A stretch of DNA of 45,092 bases from Candidatus Sumerlaeia bacterium (GCA_033761985.1 JANRMB010000292.1:1-45092); one strand, 5' to 3'; counted from the first letter of the stretch, positions 16,434-26,786 are shown. A program made the numbers and translations. The notes: a model not told the origin generated them from the sequence alone.

Positions 16434-17383
16434 ACCATTTTCTCCACGTTGGTGATCTCCACTTCTCCCGGTTTCCCAATCGATTGGCGGATTGGCGTGG
16501 AAAGCGCCTGCTCGGACTGCTGAATCTGGCACTCAATCGCAGAAAAGCTTTTCACCTGTCCCTTGCCTCCATCCTGATTGCCAAGCTTCAGGAGCAACTC
16601 CAACAACAATCCACTCACCTCCTCTGTTCCGGAGATTTTTCCACCACTTCCCTTCCCCAGGAATTTGGAGATGCTCTTCACCATTTCTCGCCATTGCGTC
16701 ACTCCGGGGCCACGTTCATGGCCGTACCTGGAAACCATGATCGCTACAATGGATTCGATTTTCGGCGACAGACCATGCTTAAGTCCCTTGTGTCTCCACT
16801 GTCCCCGTTTATCCAAAGCTGGCCCTTCCATTTTCTCACACCCGATCAAACTGTCTGTATTATTGGAATCGATGCCACCACTCGAAATGGAATCGGTTCC
16901 CACGGATTCTTTCGTGATGCTGACTACTTGAAATCTCTTCTCCAAAAACGACTCCCCAACACGGTAAAACAACTCATTTTCCTCTGTCACTTTCCGGCCG
17001 AATCACCCACCTCATTACTCCATCGAGATCGTGGCGAACAGCTTCGAAACAGTTCCTCCCTGTTGTCGATTCTTGAACAATTCCCAATCCCCACTTTGTT
17101 TTGTCACGGGCATTTTCACCAACGGTGGATCTGGCAAAGCCCCAGAATTCCACATCTTACCTACCTTAATGCAGGCGCACCGATGCTGCGCCTTTCCCAG
17201 CCCGGCAAAACGACCAAAGAAGCAGATCTGGGATTTTTCGAATTCGAGTCCAACCCAACGATTCAATCCATACGGCTGCATCGTCTCAAACTCAGCAACA
17301 CCAACATGGTCTGGAATTTCTCAGATCATCCCCTTCCTCAGAACTCCCAACCGATTGACTTACGGTCCATTGCTCTGGGTTGA
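16430..17383 (+). CDS. Calcineurin-like metallophosphoesterase
   Basis: GDLH, GDFS, PGNHD, CHFP, HGHFH motifs; ATGA overlap with the GT-C gene. Confidence 0.9.
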   Translation: MNHFLHVGDLHFSRFPNRLADWRGKRLLGLLNLALNRRKAFHLSLASILIAKLQEQLQQQSTHLLCSGDFSTTSLPQEFGDALHHFSPLRHSGATFMAVPGNHDRYNGFDFRRQTMLKSLVSPLSPFIQSWPFHFLTPDQTVCIIGIDATTRNGIGSHGFFRDADYLKSLLQKRLPNTVKQLIFLCHFPAESPTSLLHRDRGEQLRNSSSLLSILEQFPIPTLFCHGHFHQRWIWQSPRIPHLTYLNAGAPMLRLSQPGKTTKEADLGFFEFESNPTIQSIRLHRLKLSNTNMVWNFSDHPLPQNSQPIDLRSIALG

Positions 17384-17390
17384 TGGAAAG

Positions 17391-19208
17391 CTAGTTTTCA
17401 AGTTCCTCCCATTCTGAGGAATCTGCTGAAACAAAATCTCCGGAAATCAATAGTACATACTCCTGATTTCCATCTTCCAGTGTCCCCGTGTGCTCCACAC
17501 GGAGCCGAACCACTTGGGATGAACTTGTGGGCGCCCAGAAAATCTGTTCCACATTATCCCGCGTGTTTATTCCTTGGGTGGCGGAGAGGCTGGGGTTTGC
17601 AGGATCCAGAATCCAAGGCCTGAGTTCCTGACCCGATGGTGTAACCAACCCCACCAAATTGAGATCGTTCACTAGATTGGGCGTGGGATTATCGAGACCG
17701 GTTTGCTCCGTTCCGGCGGGATCCGTCCAACAGAGGGTAACCTTGAGCGGCTCGACATTACTGACCACAAAAACATAATCACGAAATGGCTGCACGGTGC
17801 TGAGTTCTCCCCGCCAAACGCCTGCTACTTCACCTGATATTGGCCACTCCGCATGGGCGTCTTCCAAGTAGCGAGCAGCTTGGAAAGCGTTCACCAATCC
17901 CCAACCGAACTCATAATCCGGGCCCACTCGCCCAAGGTCATCAGCTGTATGAATAATCAGCGCCTTCAGCCCTGCGGAAGTCATCATTTGGTTGTTCAGC
18001 CGAATAGCCCACTCCTGAAGCAACAACGCAGCCCCTGCCGTCGTGGGGGAGCTCATACTTGTACCGGAGATACTCCCATAACGATCATTCGCCTGTGAGA
18101 ATGTGGACAACAGCCCCACACCGTTTGCCACTACATCGGGCTTGATTCGACCATCATCCATTGGCCCCCAACCGGAGAAAGAAGACATCGTGGCTTTAGC
18201 CAAGTCTCGTGCTCCAGCAGTTACCGCATCATTAACGGCCCCCACTGTGAGAACATTTTTCCCCCCGTTGGAGCCGATCATCGTATCGTACCCGCCACGA
18301 CTAAAATCCGCCGGAGCATGGATGGCGGGATTGTATACTGCGGATTCCCAACCCGCACCCAACGCATCAAAATGCCAGAAGTTTGCACCCACCGCCGGAG
18401 CCGTATCATTCCGATCATTCCCCGCAGAAATCACCGGCAACCAATACGGATACTGAAAACACAAGCTGTCCCAATCCACCGCAATTGCCGTATACCGACC
18501 AAAATCCGGGTCCGTCAGATTCGTTACAAAATCCAACCAGTGAAATCCTGAAGTACCGGAGAAATTCACCCCGGATGTCCAACCCACGGCGTCGCCATAG
18601 GAGTGATTACTTACAGAAATCTTCAGTGTCCCCGTCACCATGTCATCCACCCCACTCACTGTATGCTGCACAATCTCACCAAAATCGTTGAAAAAATCCC
18701 CGGCAATGAGTTGCACCTCGGGAGCCATCCCTTTTGCCAACGGATTCACTCCAGCCGCTGAAAGCGTACCGGCTACGTGTGTGGCATGCAAATCCAAGGG
18801 GCTGATATCGATTGTGATGACCCTGCTCGTAAACTCTTGGTGAGTCTCCAGAATCCGACCACCATCCCAGATACCGAGATACAATCCTTCTCCATCCAAT
18901 GAGTAGGGTGCGGTTTGCCTGATTAGTTGAATGTTGGAGCTGATCGCGGCATTTTGATTGGTGGATTGGTAATAGATCGGTTTCCCATCAAAACCCACCA
19001 ACCCCCAGCTTGGTTCAAGATTCCCAGATTTATCATAGGTACCCGTTCCTCTAATGGGAACCCCAGCCTTTCTGGCCCAATCTTCTGCCTTTCCTTGTTG
19101 AGCTTCCTGATTTTGTACCACCGCCCTCGCGCCCGGTGGGGGAGCAGCAAATCCGGAGGTTGCCAACACAAGAAAGGCGGGTAGAAGAAAAACAGGCTTA
19201 AGGAGCAT
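17391..19208 (-). CDS. Secreted S8 (subtilase) serine protease A
   Basis: Signal peptide; catalytic WDGG (Asp), HATHVAGT (His), GTSMSSP (Ser); DDGRIKPD; C-terminal KVTLCWTDP...NDL...RDNVEQ beta domain. Confidence 0.93.
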   Translation of the reverse strand: MLLKPVFLLPAFLVLATSGFAAPPPGARAVVQNQEAQQGKAEDWARKAGVPIRGTGTYDKSGNLEPSWGLVGFDGKPIYYQSTNQNAAISSNIQLIRQTAPYSLDGEGLYLGIWDGGRILETHQEFTSRVITIDISPLDLHATHVAGTLSAAGVNPLAKGMAPEVQLIAGDFFNDFGEIVQHTVSGVDDMVTGTLKISVSNHSYGDAVGWTSGVNFSGTSGFHWLDFVTNLTDPDFGRYTAIAVDWDSLCFQYPYWLPVISAGNDRNDTAPAVGANFWHFDALGAGWESAVYNPAIHAPADFSRGGYDTMIGSNGGKNVLTVGAVNDAVTAGARDLAKATMSSFSGWGPMDDGRIKPDVVANGVGLLSTFSQANDRYGSISGTSMSSPTTAGAALLLQEWAIRLNNQMMTSAGLKALIIHTADDLGRVGPDYEFGWGLVNAFQAARYLEDAHAEWPISGEVAGVWRGELSTVQPFRDYVFVVSNVEPLKVTLCWTDPAGTEQTGLDNPTPNLVNDLNLVGLVTPSGQELRPWILDPANPSLSATQGINTRDNVEQIFWAPTSSSQVVRLRVEHTGTLEDGNQEYVLLISGDFVSADSSEWEELEN

Positions 19209-19298
19209 AAAGTCGACAAACAACGGCGAATCAAATACTGGAGAGTCTCGTCTTTCTTCGGTCGTTTGGCAACTCCAGCTTTCATCTCCTGCTGCAAC

Positions 19299-21131
19299 TT
19301 AATTCAAAGCTTCCCAATCTTCCACACTGGAATCGGTCGTGGAACCGGTGATGATCAGTGAGTACGCCTGTTCTTCATATTCCAGAGTGTTTTTGTGGCT
19401 TACAACGATTGTAACAAGGCCACCATCAGGAACTTCGTTGATCAACACTTGTTCCACGGTATCGACCACATTATCGCCAGTTGTGGCAAGTTCGGCGGGA
19501 TTTTCTGGGTCCAAAACATAAGGAAGATAAGTTTCTCCAGATTCCTCGGAATACACCCGAAGATCCAAATCATGCACCAGTGCGGGTGTGCGGTCATCCA
19601 ATCCCGTTTTTGCCTCACCAGCGGGGTCCGTCCAGCAAAGTGTTACTTTCAAAGGCTCTGTACCATTGAAGTAGAAAGTATAGTACTCCTCAGCAACGAA
19701 GGCGTCGAGTTTTCCAGTGATCAAGGAGGGTGTTTTGGGTTCGTTGTTTTGAAGAATCACATCACCGGCTCTTGAGGCATTCATCAGCCCCCAGCCGTTT
19801 TCATAGTCCGGGCCGGGGCGACCGATGTCACAAGTGGTGTGAATGATCAATCCCTTCAACATGGATGCGGGCATTGTTTTGCCATTTTCACGGCTGTACA
19901 AATCCTGAAGAAGCAACGCCGATCCGGCCGCATTTGGTGAAGACATACTGGTTCCGGAACCTACCGTGTAGGTATTGGTGGCATTCGAACGGATCGAGTA
20001 AATCGTCACACCATTGGCCACCACATCGGGTTTGATGCGACCATCATCCGTGGGGCCCCAACCGGAAAAGGCACTCATTTTTGCCATGGAGATGTCCCGA
20101 ACACCATTTTTCACCGCGTCGTCCACGGCACCGATTGTCATTACGTTTTTACCGGCACTTCCCCCAATTACCGTATCGAATCCTGATTTGCCAAAGTCTG
20201 CCATGGGGTGAATTGTGGGGTCGTAATTCGCTGAAACCCAGGAATACTCCACCGGATCAACATAATAGAACTTTGCTCCAGGAAGGGGAGCAGTGTCATC
20301 ACGGTCGTTCCCGGCAGACATAAAGGGAAGCCAGTAGGGATAAGCTTGGCAAAGGGCATCCCAATCGCGCGCCAGCGTATTATATTGGCCGAACTGAGGA
20401 TCAATTTGAGTGTCAATACTATGAATCCAGTGGTGACCCAAATTTCCCGAAAGGCTGACGTTTGCCATCCAACCACAGGTGGCCCCGTAGGAGTGATTGC
20501 TAATCGTCATTTTCCGGATGTTTTCCAGCGCCTGTGTTTCTGTTTGAGCAGCGTATTGGGGGATTTCAGTCATGTCAGAAATCAAATTGGCTGAAAGAAT
20601 CGTTGCTGCGGGAGCCATTCCTTTCGCCAAAGGATCAACACCCGTTGCCCCAATCGTTCCACCCACGTGACTGGAGTGAGCCTGAGCAGAGGAGCCATCC
20701 AGATTAATCACACGCCCCACCAATTCCTGATGGTTGCTATGCACCAAACCCGAGTCCCAAACTCCAATACTGAGTCCCTCTCCCGTAGCTCCAGCAGGTG
20801 CTTTCCCCCAGCTGGCATCGGCTGCGGTGGAAATCCCCGCATTCACATTATGAGTTTCATAGTACACGGGATATCCATCGGCCATCCCCATCAAAAACCA
20901 TGAACCAAGTAATCCCTTTTCCCCGTTATCTTTGGGGTTATGTGCCGTGGGGTATCCATTTTTGGAAGCCCAATCCTGCGCTTTGGCGAAGGATTGATTT
21001 TGATAAGCCCCAAGTGATTTAACGCTGGTGATCTGTTGAGGAGTTTCGGCGGATGATACGCCAGTGCTAAAGAATGTCAGCAGACTCATCACCAGAAGTG
21101 TTTTGTTTGTGGTGGGAAACAAAGTGTTCAT
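19299..21131 (-). CDS. Secreted S8 (subtilase) serine protease B, tandem paralog
   Basis: Signal peptide; WDSG, HSSHVGGT, GTSMSSP; DDGRIKPD; KVTLCWTDP; GGAG RBS upstream of ATG 21131. Confidence 0.93.
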   Translation of the reverse strand: MNTLFPTTNKTLLVMSLLTFFSTGVSSAETPQQITSVKSLGAYQNQSFAKAQDWASKNGYPTAHNPKDNGEKGLLGSWFLMGMADGYPVYYETHNVNAGISTAADASWGKAPAGATGEGLSIGVWDSGLVHSNHQELVGRVINLDGSSAQAHSSHVGGTIGATGVDPLAKGMAPAATILSANLISDMTEIPQYAAQTETQALENIRKMTISNHSYGATCGWMANVSLSGNLGHHWIHSIDTQIDPQFGQYNTLARDWDALCQAYPYWLPFMSAGNDRDDTAPLPGAKFYYVDPVEYSWVSANYDPTIHPMADFGKSGFDTVIGGSAGKNVMTIGAVDDAVKNGVRDISMAKMSAFSGWGPTDDGRIKPDVVANGVTIYSIRSNATNTYTVGSGTSMSSPNAAGSALLLQDLYSRENGKTMPASMLKGLIIHTTCDIGRPGPDYENGWGLMNASRAGDVILQNNEPKTPSLITGKLDAFVAEEYYTFYFNGTEPLKVTLCWTDPAGEAKTGLDDRTPALVHDLDLRVYSEESGETYLPYVLDPENPAELATTGDNVVDTVEQVLINEVPDGGLVTIVVSHKNTLEYEEQAYSLIITGSTTDSSVEDWEALN

Positions 21132-21913
21132 GGTGTTTTCTCCAATTGGATTTAAACCCATGGTAGAGAACTTCTTTTCCCCCAACAACTGTTTAATGAT
21201 TTACAAAAAAGTTACCTACCGCACTTCAAACCACCTAAAGTAGATAACAATCGTAGTTTAATATACAGCTTTTTCTCAACCCAACAGTTAACCATTATCT
21301 CACAATACAAAAATTCAAAAATTCGTGAATCAATAATCAGTTTTTTGAAAAATGCGAAGGATTAATTTCTCCAAGATTTTCAACCCAGCAGTTGTTCCTC
21401 ACAGAGCACACTTTTTTCTCCTGGCAGTTGAACAACCTTCTTCGATCAAAAATCGTCACATAACAAATCATGTTCAAGTTCTGAAGAAGTTCAATTTCTT
21501 CTCGAGATATAGAGTGCAAGTATAGCAATATCAGCAATCTAAAAAAACCTGAAGGAGTTACAAATCTGCAACCCCGTTATTCTTGGTGTTTTGTCTAGTT
21601 TTTGATTCGATTTCTCTCAATTTCCGCGGCCGTGGTTTTCTCGATCATTGACAACAAAATCCTGCATCAACTCTCCGTATGGAGGAGTATCAAGGACGCA
21701 TTTTGTACTATTTGAGGCTTTTGAAACGCATTATGACCAACTTCCAGTTCAGTGCAGCCACCAATAACTCAAAATCAGAATTTTCAAAGAAAAATACAGA
21801 AGCTTGCATCCGTGCCGGATAATATTTTTTTCAGACAGTAAAAATTATCTCCACAGATGAGGTTTTTTCAGGATTCCTTTCATCATCTGGATGAGAAAAA
21901 ACTGTTTCAGAAG

Positions 21914-22987
21914 TTATGATCGCTTCCCAAGATAAAACAAAACCAGCTCAATTGTAACCCCCGGACCGAATGCCATCCCCACCCAATAACCCGTCTTTTG
22001 TTGTTTCAGTATCTCGCTCAGCACAAAAAACAAAGTGGGTGACGACATATTTCCGTGGCTGCGAAGAACTTTCCAGGATGCTGCCAACCCCTTAGGCCCG
22101 CACCCCAACGCAGTTTCCACCGCCTCCAGGATTCTGGGGCCTCCGGGGTGCACCACCCATCCCGTAATCTGCTCCCGTTGAATCCCCCAACAAGCCAATT
22201 GCTCCTGAAGAATCCCATCCAGTGCACCCTCAATCAGACCCGGAACCTGATTGCTCAAGGTCATCCGAAATCCCGTATTCCCAATCAACCAGGTCATGGC
22301 GCTTTCGGAATTCGGAAGAAGAAACGACGCCGTCCCCCTTACTCTCAATCCAGCTTCTCCCAAGCCCACCACCAGTGCCGCAGCACCATCGCCGAACAAA
22401 ACGTTTGGCAACAGGTCATGCCTTCCTGAGCCGTATTGAAAATGAATGCTGCACAACTCCACACACACCAAAAGCACCAATCCCCCCGATTGCTGTGCAA
22501 GTCCTTGGGCCACTCGAAGCCCATTCACGCCGGCGTGGCAACCCATGAATCCCACGTGAACCCGTTCCACATTCTTCTGAAGTCCCAACCGTTGCACCAA
22601 CTCCGCATCCAAACCCGGTGCCATAAATCCTGTGCAAGATACCGTTACCAAATGCGTGATACTCGTGGGGTTTGACCCCGCATCTACCAGCGCATCCCTT
22701 GCGGCTTTTTCCGCCAACTCCGGAGCAAACTGTTGATACACTTTCATTCGCGCTTCAGTGCTGGGCGATGCCTCTGAATCTTCGTAAAACGGCCAGCGAC
22801 CTTCAGGATTCTGTTCCAGTACCACTCCTCGTTCCACTACTCCGGAATGCTCCACCGCCGCGTCAATCAATCCAACCAGGCGATCGCCCGCCCCAAGTAC
22901 GGCTTTCATCATTCTTCTGAAATCATCCGCCACCAAACGGTTTCGCCCGGTCGATAGACCCATCCCGATGATTCCCACATCACTCAT
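21914..22987 (-). CDS. Type III polyketide synthase (chalcone/stilbene synthase family)
   Basis: Catalytic triad contexts GFMGCHAG (Cys), VHPGG (His), HGNMSSPT (Asn); VSCTG, LFGDGAAA, FGPG; start trimmed to MSDVG to avoid overlapping the upstream gene. Confidence 0.94.
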   Translation of the reverse strand: MSDVGIIGMGLSTGRNRLVADDFRRMMKAVLGAGDRLVGLIDAAVEHSGVVERGVVLEQNPEGRWPFYEDSEASPSTEARMKVYQQFAPELAEKAARDALVDAGSNPTSITHLVTVSCTGFMAPGLDAELVQRLGLQKNVERVHVGFMGCHAGVNGLRVAQGLAQQSGGLVLLVCVELCSIHFQYGSGRHDLLPNVLFGDGAAALVVGLGEAGLRVRGTASFLLPNSESAMTWLIGNTGFRMTLSNQVPGLIEGALDGILQEQLACWGIQREQITGWVVHPGGPRILEAVETALGCGPKGLAASWKVLRSHGNMSSPTLFFVLSEILKQQKTGYWVGMAFGPGVTIELVLFYLGKRS

Positions 22988-23006
22988 TGGCTTTCCCCAG
23001 TCAAAT

Positions 23007-24101
23007 TCATCCCGTTTTCCCCACCCAGTGGCGGGCGTGTGAACTTGTACTGAGCAAGTTCCAGGCTGATGCTTGAAGAATTCGCCGATCCGCAAGAGCG
23101 CTCAGAAACGATGCCCAGCGTTGTTTTCTTCCGACTGAATGCTCCCAACGTCTCTGATAATCCGCTGCGGTATGATTGCCCCATCCCTCTCTCAGGGATT
23201 CTAAAGCACTTTCAGCAGATAACAGTGCCCAAGTCATCCCCTCACCGGTGATGGGTTCAACATACCCTGCCGAATCCCCGGCAAAGAGGATCCTTTCCCC
23301 CGATACCCGATTCAACCGCCGGGAAAGTTGCGGGGTGGTCTGCAAACTGTTCCATTCGGGATTCACTTTCGAAAGTCCGGCTGCATTGAGAGTTTTCTCC
23401 ACCAGAGTTGGGATGCCAACTGAGCGAATCGCTTCAGGAGTCGTTGCTGCAGCCAAATGAATTCCCTGCTCATGGGCCACCATCCCCAAGTAACCCCAAG
23501 GGGCGCAGATCATCCGGAATTCGGGAGCAACATCGCCAACGGCTTCCAAGGAAAAACCCAGCTTTGTTCTCCAGTATGTCGGTGATGTTTCCACCAACAC
23601 CCCTTCCCTTTTGGGAAGAATCCCTGCGAGACCTTCGCAACCTATAACCACACGCCCCAAAACAGTTTTGGATTCCTTGGCTTCCCCTTCCAGGTATTCA
23701 AGACTTCTCTGCTCTCCTTCCAACGCAATGTCCACCACCGCCACCCCTTCTCGAATCTCCACACCTTTGCTTCGAACGCGCTGCAGCAACGCCTCATCAA
23801 ACTCCCTCCGATCTACGAACTGATAAGGGGGACGAAGCGGAATACGTAGTGTACGCTTCCTTCCCAGTCGTTGAACATACGCGTCCTTCAGTGGGAAGGC
23901 GTAGGGCAAATCATCACCCATAAGACGAGACAATACCGCAACCCCTCTTGGGTTCAGGCAACCGCCGCACACTTTGGAACGCGGGAATTGTTTCTTTTCC
24001 AACAGAAGAACTTTCCACCCATACACTGCCAATCCATGGGCTATCACCAGCCCGGCCATTCCAGCTCCTACCACGATTGCATCGTAGAGTTGCTCAGCCA
24101 T
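23007..24101 (-). CDS. FAD-dependent oxidoreductase (geranylgeranyl reductase-like)
   Basis: VVGAGMAG Rossmann motif, FPRSKVCGGCL, RREFDEAL, GDSAGYVEPITGEGM; 8-nt overlap with the methyltransferase. Confidence 0.9.
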   Translation of the reverse strand: MAEQLYDAIVVGAGMAGLVIAHGLAVYGWKVLLLEKKQFPRSKVCGGCLNPRGVAVLSRLMGDDLPYAFPLKDAYVQRLGRKRTLRIPLRPPYQFVDRREFDEALLQRVRSKGVEIREGVAVVDIALEGEQRSLEYLEGEAKESKTVLGRVVIGCEGLAGILPKREGVLVETSPTYWRTKLGFSLEAVGDVAPEFRMICAPWGYLGMVAHEQGIHLAAATTPEAIRSVGIPTLVEKTLNAAGLSKVNPEWNSLQTTPQLSRRLNRVSGERILFAGDSAGYVEPITGEGMTWALLSAESALESLREGWGNHTAADYQRRWEHSVGRKQRWASFLSALADRRILQASAWNLLSTSSHARHWVGKTG

Positions 24102-24855
24102 CGAGGGGTTCACCCTGATTTTTCCACACCACAAACCATCGGCAGGGGAAGGCCGAGTACACCCGGGCGCCTTCCAGGCCAGCCTCTCTGAAAATCCGCC
24201 TTAGCTCACGCCGGGAAAACGCCCCTTGTACGGAAAGAGCACTGTCCACGTGGACCACTGGAGAACTGGTGAAGAGCCGTGCAGACAACCAAATCAACCA
24301 CCAATCCAGCCATCGGCGTCTCAGATCGCTGATGAGAATCAGTTTGGGATTCCGTGCTTTCCAATCCCGGAGGATTTTGATCAAATCCTCTTCGTCGAAA
24401 TGGTGGAATACGAGTGAACTGATGATCACATCCGGTTGCGGCGGAACAGCCTCAGGCCAATCCCCCAACAAATCCGCCACATGAAACCGCGTATCGGGCA
24501 AATGCCGAGTACCAGCGAACTGGGTCGCCGTACTGCTGATATCAAGCCCATGAAATTCCAGTCTTCCCCGTAAGGCCGAAGATAACCCGGCAATGAGATC
24601 GCCCCGCCCGCATCCCGCATCCACCAGCAACAACCGTCGCTTTTCCTTCTCCCACAATTTCCGGATCGGTTTCACAAAAACTCGGGAGGAGTTGCTCAGG
24701 CGATTCAGAGTGGCCAACCCTCGCAACGCCTGACGATGCATTTCCGGATCAAGCCCGGGGGTATCCATCCACTCAGGCACACGGCGCCGGCGTTTCAGCA
24801 CACCCGGAACCCACGGAATGATCGGTGTTTGGGAATGTTTCTGTTTGCTCAACAA
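24094..24855 (-). CDS. SAM-dependent methyltransferase
   Basis: EWMD, VDAGCGRGD motif I, SSLVFHHF, SDLRR, DSALSV...AFS; family typically found beside type III PKS; start uncertain. Confidence 0.88.
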   Translation of the reverse strand: MLSKQKHSQTPIIPWVPGVLKRRRRVPEWMDTPGLDPEMHRQALRGLATLNRLSNSSRVFVKPIRKLWEKEKRRLLLVDAGCGRGDLIAGLSSALRGRLEFHGLDISSTATQFAGTRHLPDTRFHVADLLGDWPEAVPPQPDVIISSLVFHHFDEEDLIKILRDWKARNPKLILISDLRRRWLDWWLIWLSARLFTSSPVVHVDSALSVQGAFSRRELRRIFREAGLEGARVYSAFPCRWFVVWKNQGEPLDG

Positions 24856-24936
24856 CTCCGCAACACTCCGGAAAAATCATTCAACAGCCCTACAACGGGC
24901 AAAAGATCACATCGCAACCAATTGCCAACAGGCAAT

Positions 24937-26712
24937 TCAATTTTGAAGACGCCACAAATCTGCAAACGCTCCGCCTTTTTGCAGAAGCTCCTCATGGGTG
25001 CCTTCCTCCAAAATGCGGCCTTTGCCGAGAACAATAATCCGGTTGGCGTGCCGTATAGTACTTAGCCTGTGGGCGATGATGAAAGTGGTGCGCCCTTTGG
25101 CCAATCTTAGGATGGCTTCCTGAACTTCTCTTTCTGTCTGCACATCCAGTGCCGAAGTTGCTTCGTCCAGAATAATCAACCGCGGATTTCGTGCAAAGGC
25201 GCGAGCAATCGCAACGCGCTGGCGTTGGCCACCGGAAAGGCTCATTCCACTTTCAGAAAGCCGCGTATGGATTCCCTGAGGAAGCTCCGAGACCACCTCC
25301 AACAGCGATGCAGCCTCCAACGCCTCCATCACTTCTTCATCAGTCAAGTGGGGAAGCCCATGAGCCACATTTTCTCTTAGGCTTCCGGAAAAGAGAAGCG
25401 GTTGCTGTGGCACCACAGCAATATGCCGACGAAACGTACGCATGTCCAACTGCTCCATGGGTACGCCGTCCAATAAAACACGGCCGTTTTGAGGGCGTCG
25501 AAAGCCTATCAGCAGACTCATAAGCGTCGTCTTTCCCGAGCCACTTTCGCCCACCAACGCAATTGTTTCCCCGGGTTGAACCCGCAAACTCAATCCCTTC
25601 AGAGTTGGCTCGTTGTCCTCAGGGTACGTGTACTCCACGGACTCAAACTCCACCGCACCATTCACCGATCCCACTCGTTCCTTCCCTTCGTTGCGTTCCA
25701 AGTCCGGGCATTCCAACACCTCGCCGATGGAGCGAAGAGACTCCATCCCACGGAAGGCAATCGGCACGGAGTTAATGATGCTTTCGATGCTCCCCACGAT
25801 CAAACCAAAGAAGCCCTGATACAACACCACCTCACCCACCGTGATGTACCCATGCCACGCAAAATAGGCGGAAACGGCCAGGGCATTCACCATAGAAAGC
25901 TGAAACGTTACCCAACTGCATGCCCCAAAAAGCGCGTTGAACTGATCCAAACGCTGGCCTTCCCGTTGAACGGAAGTGAACCGGGCGCCCAACTCTTCCT
26001 GAGTGTACTCCTCAACCCCGTGGGCCCGGGTAACGGGAATCATTTCAATCGATTCTGACACGCTCGCATTCATGGATTCCAGTTGGGTGCGATACGCCTC
26101 ATTTCGGGAGTTCATCGTCTTGCGAAAGAACCGGATCAACAATAGGCTCAAGGGCACCTGCAGAGCAAAAAAGCCCAGCATCAGGGGCTCCTGAATACTG
26201 GTGTAGAGAATCGCCACCAGCAGGTTGGTGATTGCCATGGGGGCAAACTGCGCCAAGTGGAAGCACATGGTTTGCAACTGCTCCACATCGCGCAAAATTT
26301 TGGACTGCAACTTCCCGGACTTGGTGGAATCCAAAAAGGAAAAGCTCAAGTGATGAAGCCGCGTCACCAGAGCCGCCCTTAACCGGGTCTCCATTTGACG
26401 AATATCACGACTAATCGATGTGAAGAAATACACCTGGAGGGGAATATTCATCGCCAAAAGCACAACCACACCCAACCCCAATCCCAGTAAGCCCGGGAGC
26501 TTGGCTGCGTCTGGGTTACCCAAAACATCAATCAGGTGTGCCACAAAAATGGGGAGCAACCAAACCGGCGAATGCTTAATGGTGTACACCACAAAAAGGA
26601 TACTGTACTCAACGGGGTTGAGTTTCAATAATCGGAAAAGGGTGCGGACCGGGTGAGTACTTCGGAAGTTTAATCCCAGAGGATCATCAGTGGTTGGCAA
26701 AGAAGCTTTCAT
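24937..26712 (-). CDS. ABC exporter, fused permease/ATP-binding protein
   Basis: N-terminal TM domain; GESGSGKT Walker A, LSGGQRQR signature, IILDEATSALD Walker B, AHRLST. Confidence 0.95.
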   Translation of the reverse strand: MKASLPTTDDPLGLNFRSTHPVRTLFRLLKLNPVEYSILFVVYTIKHSPVWLLPIFVAHLIDVLGNPDAAKLPGLLGLGLGVVVLLAMNIPLQVYFFTSISRDIRQMETRLRAALVTRLHHLSFSFLDSTKSGKLQSKILRDVEQLQTMCFHLAQFAPMAITNLLVAILYTSIQEPLMLGFFALQVPLSLLLIRFFRKTMNSRNEAYRTQLESMNASVSESIEMIPVTRAHGVEEYTQEELGARFTSVQREGQRLDQFNALFGACSWVTFQLSMVNALAVSAYFAWHGYITVGEVVLYQGFFGLIVGSIESIINSVPIAFRGMESLRSIGEVLECPDLERNEGKERVGSVNGAVEFESVEYTYPEDNEPTLKGLSLRVQPGETIALVGESGSGKTTLMSLLIGFRRPQNGRVLLDGVPMEQLDMRTFRRHIAVVPQQPLLFSGSLRENVAHGLPHLTDEEVMEALEAASLLEVVSELPQGIHTRLSESGMSLSGGQRQRVAIARAFARNPRLIILDEATSALDVQTEREVQEAILRLAKGRTTFIIAHRLSTIRHANRIIVLGKGRILEEGTHEELLQKGGAFADLWRLQN

Positions 26713-26723
26713 GATTTCATCAA

Positions 26724-26764
26724 CAAAAAAGAATCGTCCAAAAGTGCAGCACTTCCGGACGATT
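26724..26764 (-). terminator. Probable intrinsic terminator downstream of the metalloprotease gene
   Basis: Minus strand AATCGTCCGGAAGTG-CTG-CACTTTTGGACGATT hairpin followed by CTTTTTTG. Confidence 0.7.
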
Positions 26765-26786
26765 GCGTCGAACTAAACAGTTAAGG

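Noticed and set aside
21848-21896. Imperfect inverted repeat as the PKS terminator
   Set aside because: 22-nt loop and mismatched arms; too weak to call
22984-23095. Possible frameshift at the FAD oxidoreductase C-terminus or a longer PKS N-terminus
   Set aside because: Both proteins look complete with the stop at 23007 and start at 22987; an alternative frame ending at 22984 is not enough evidence
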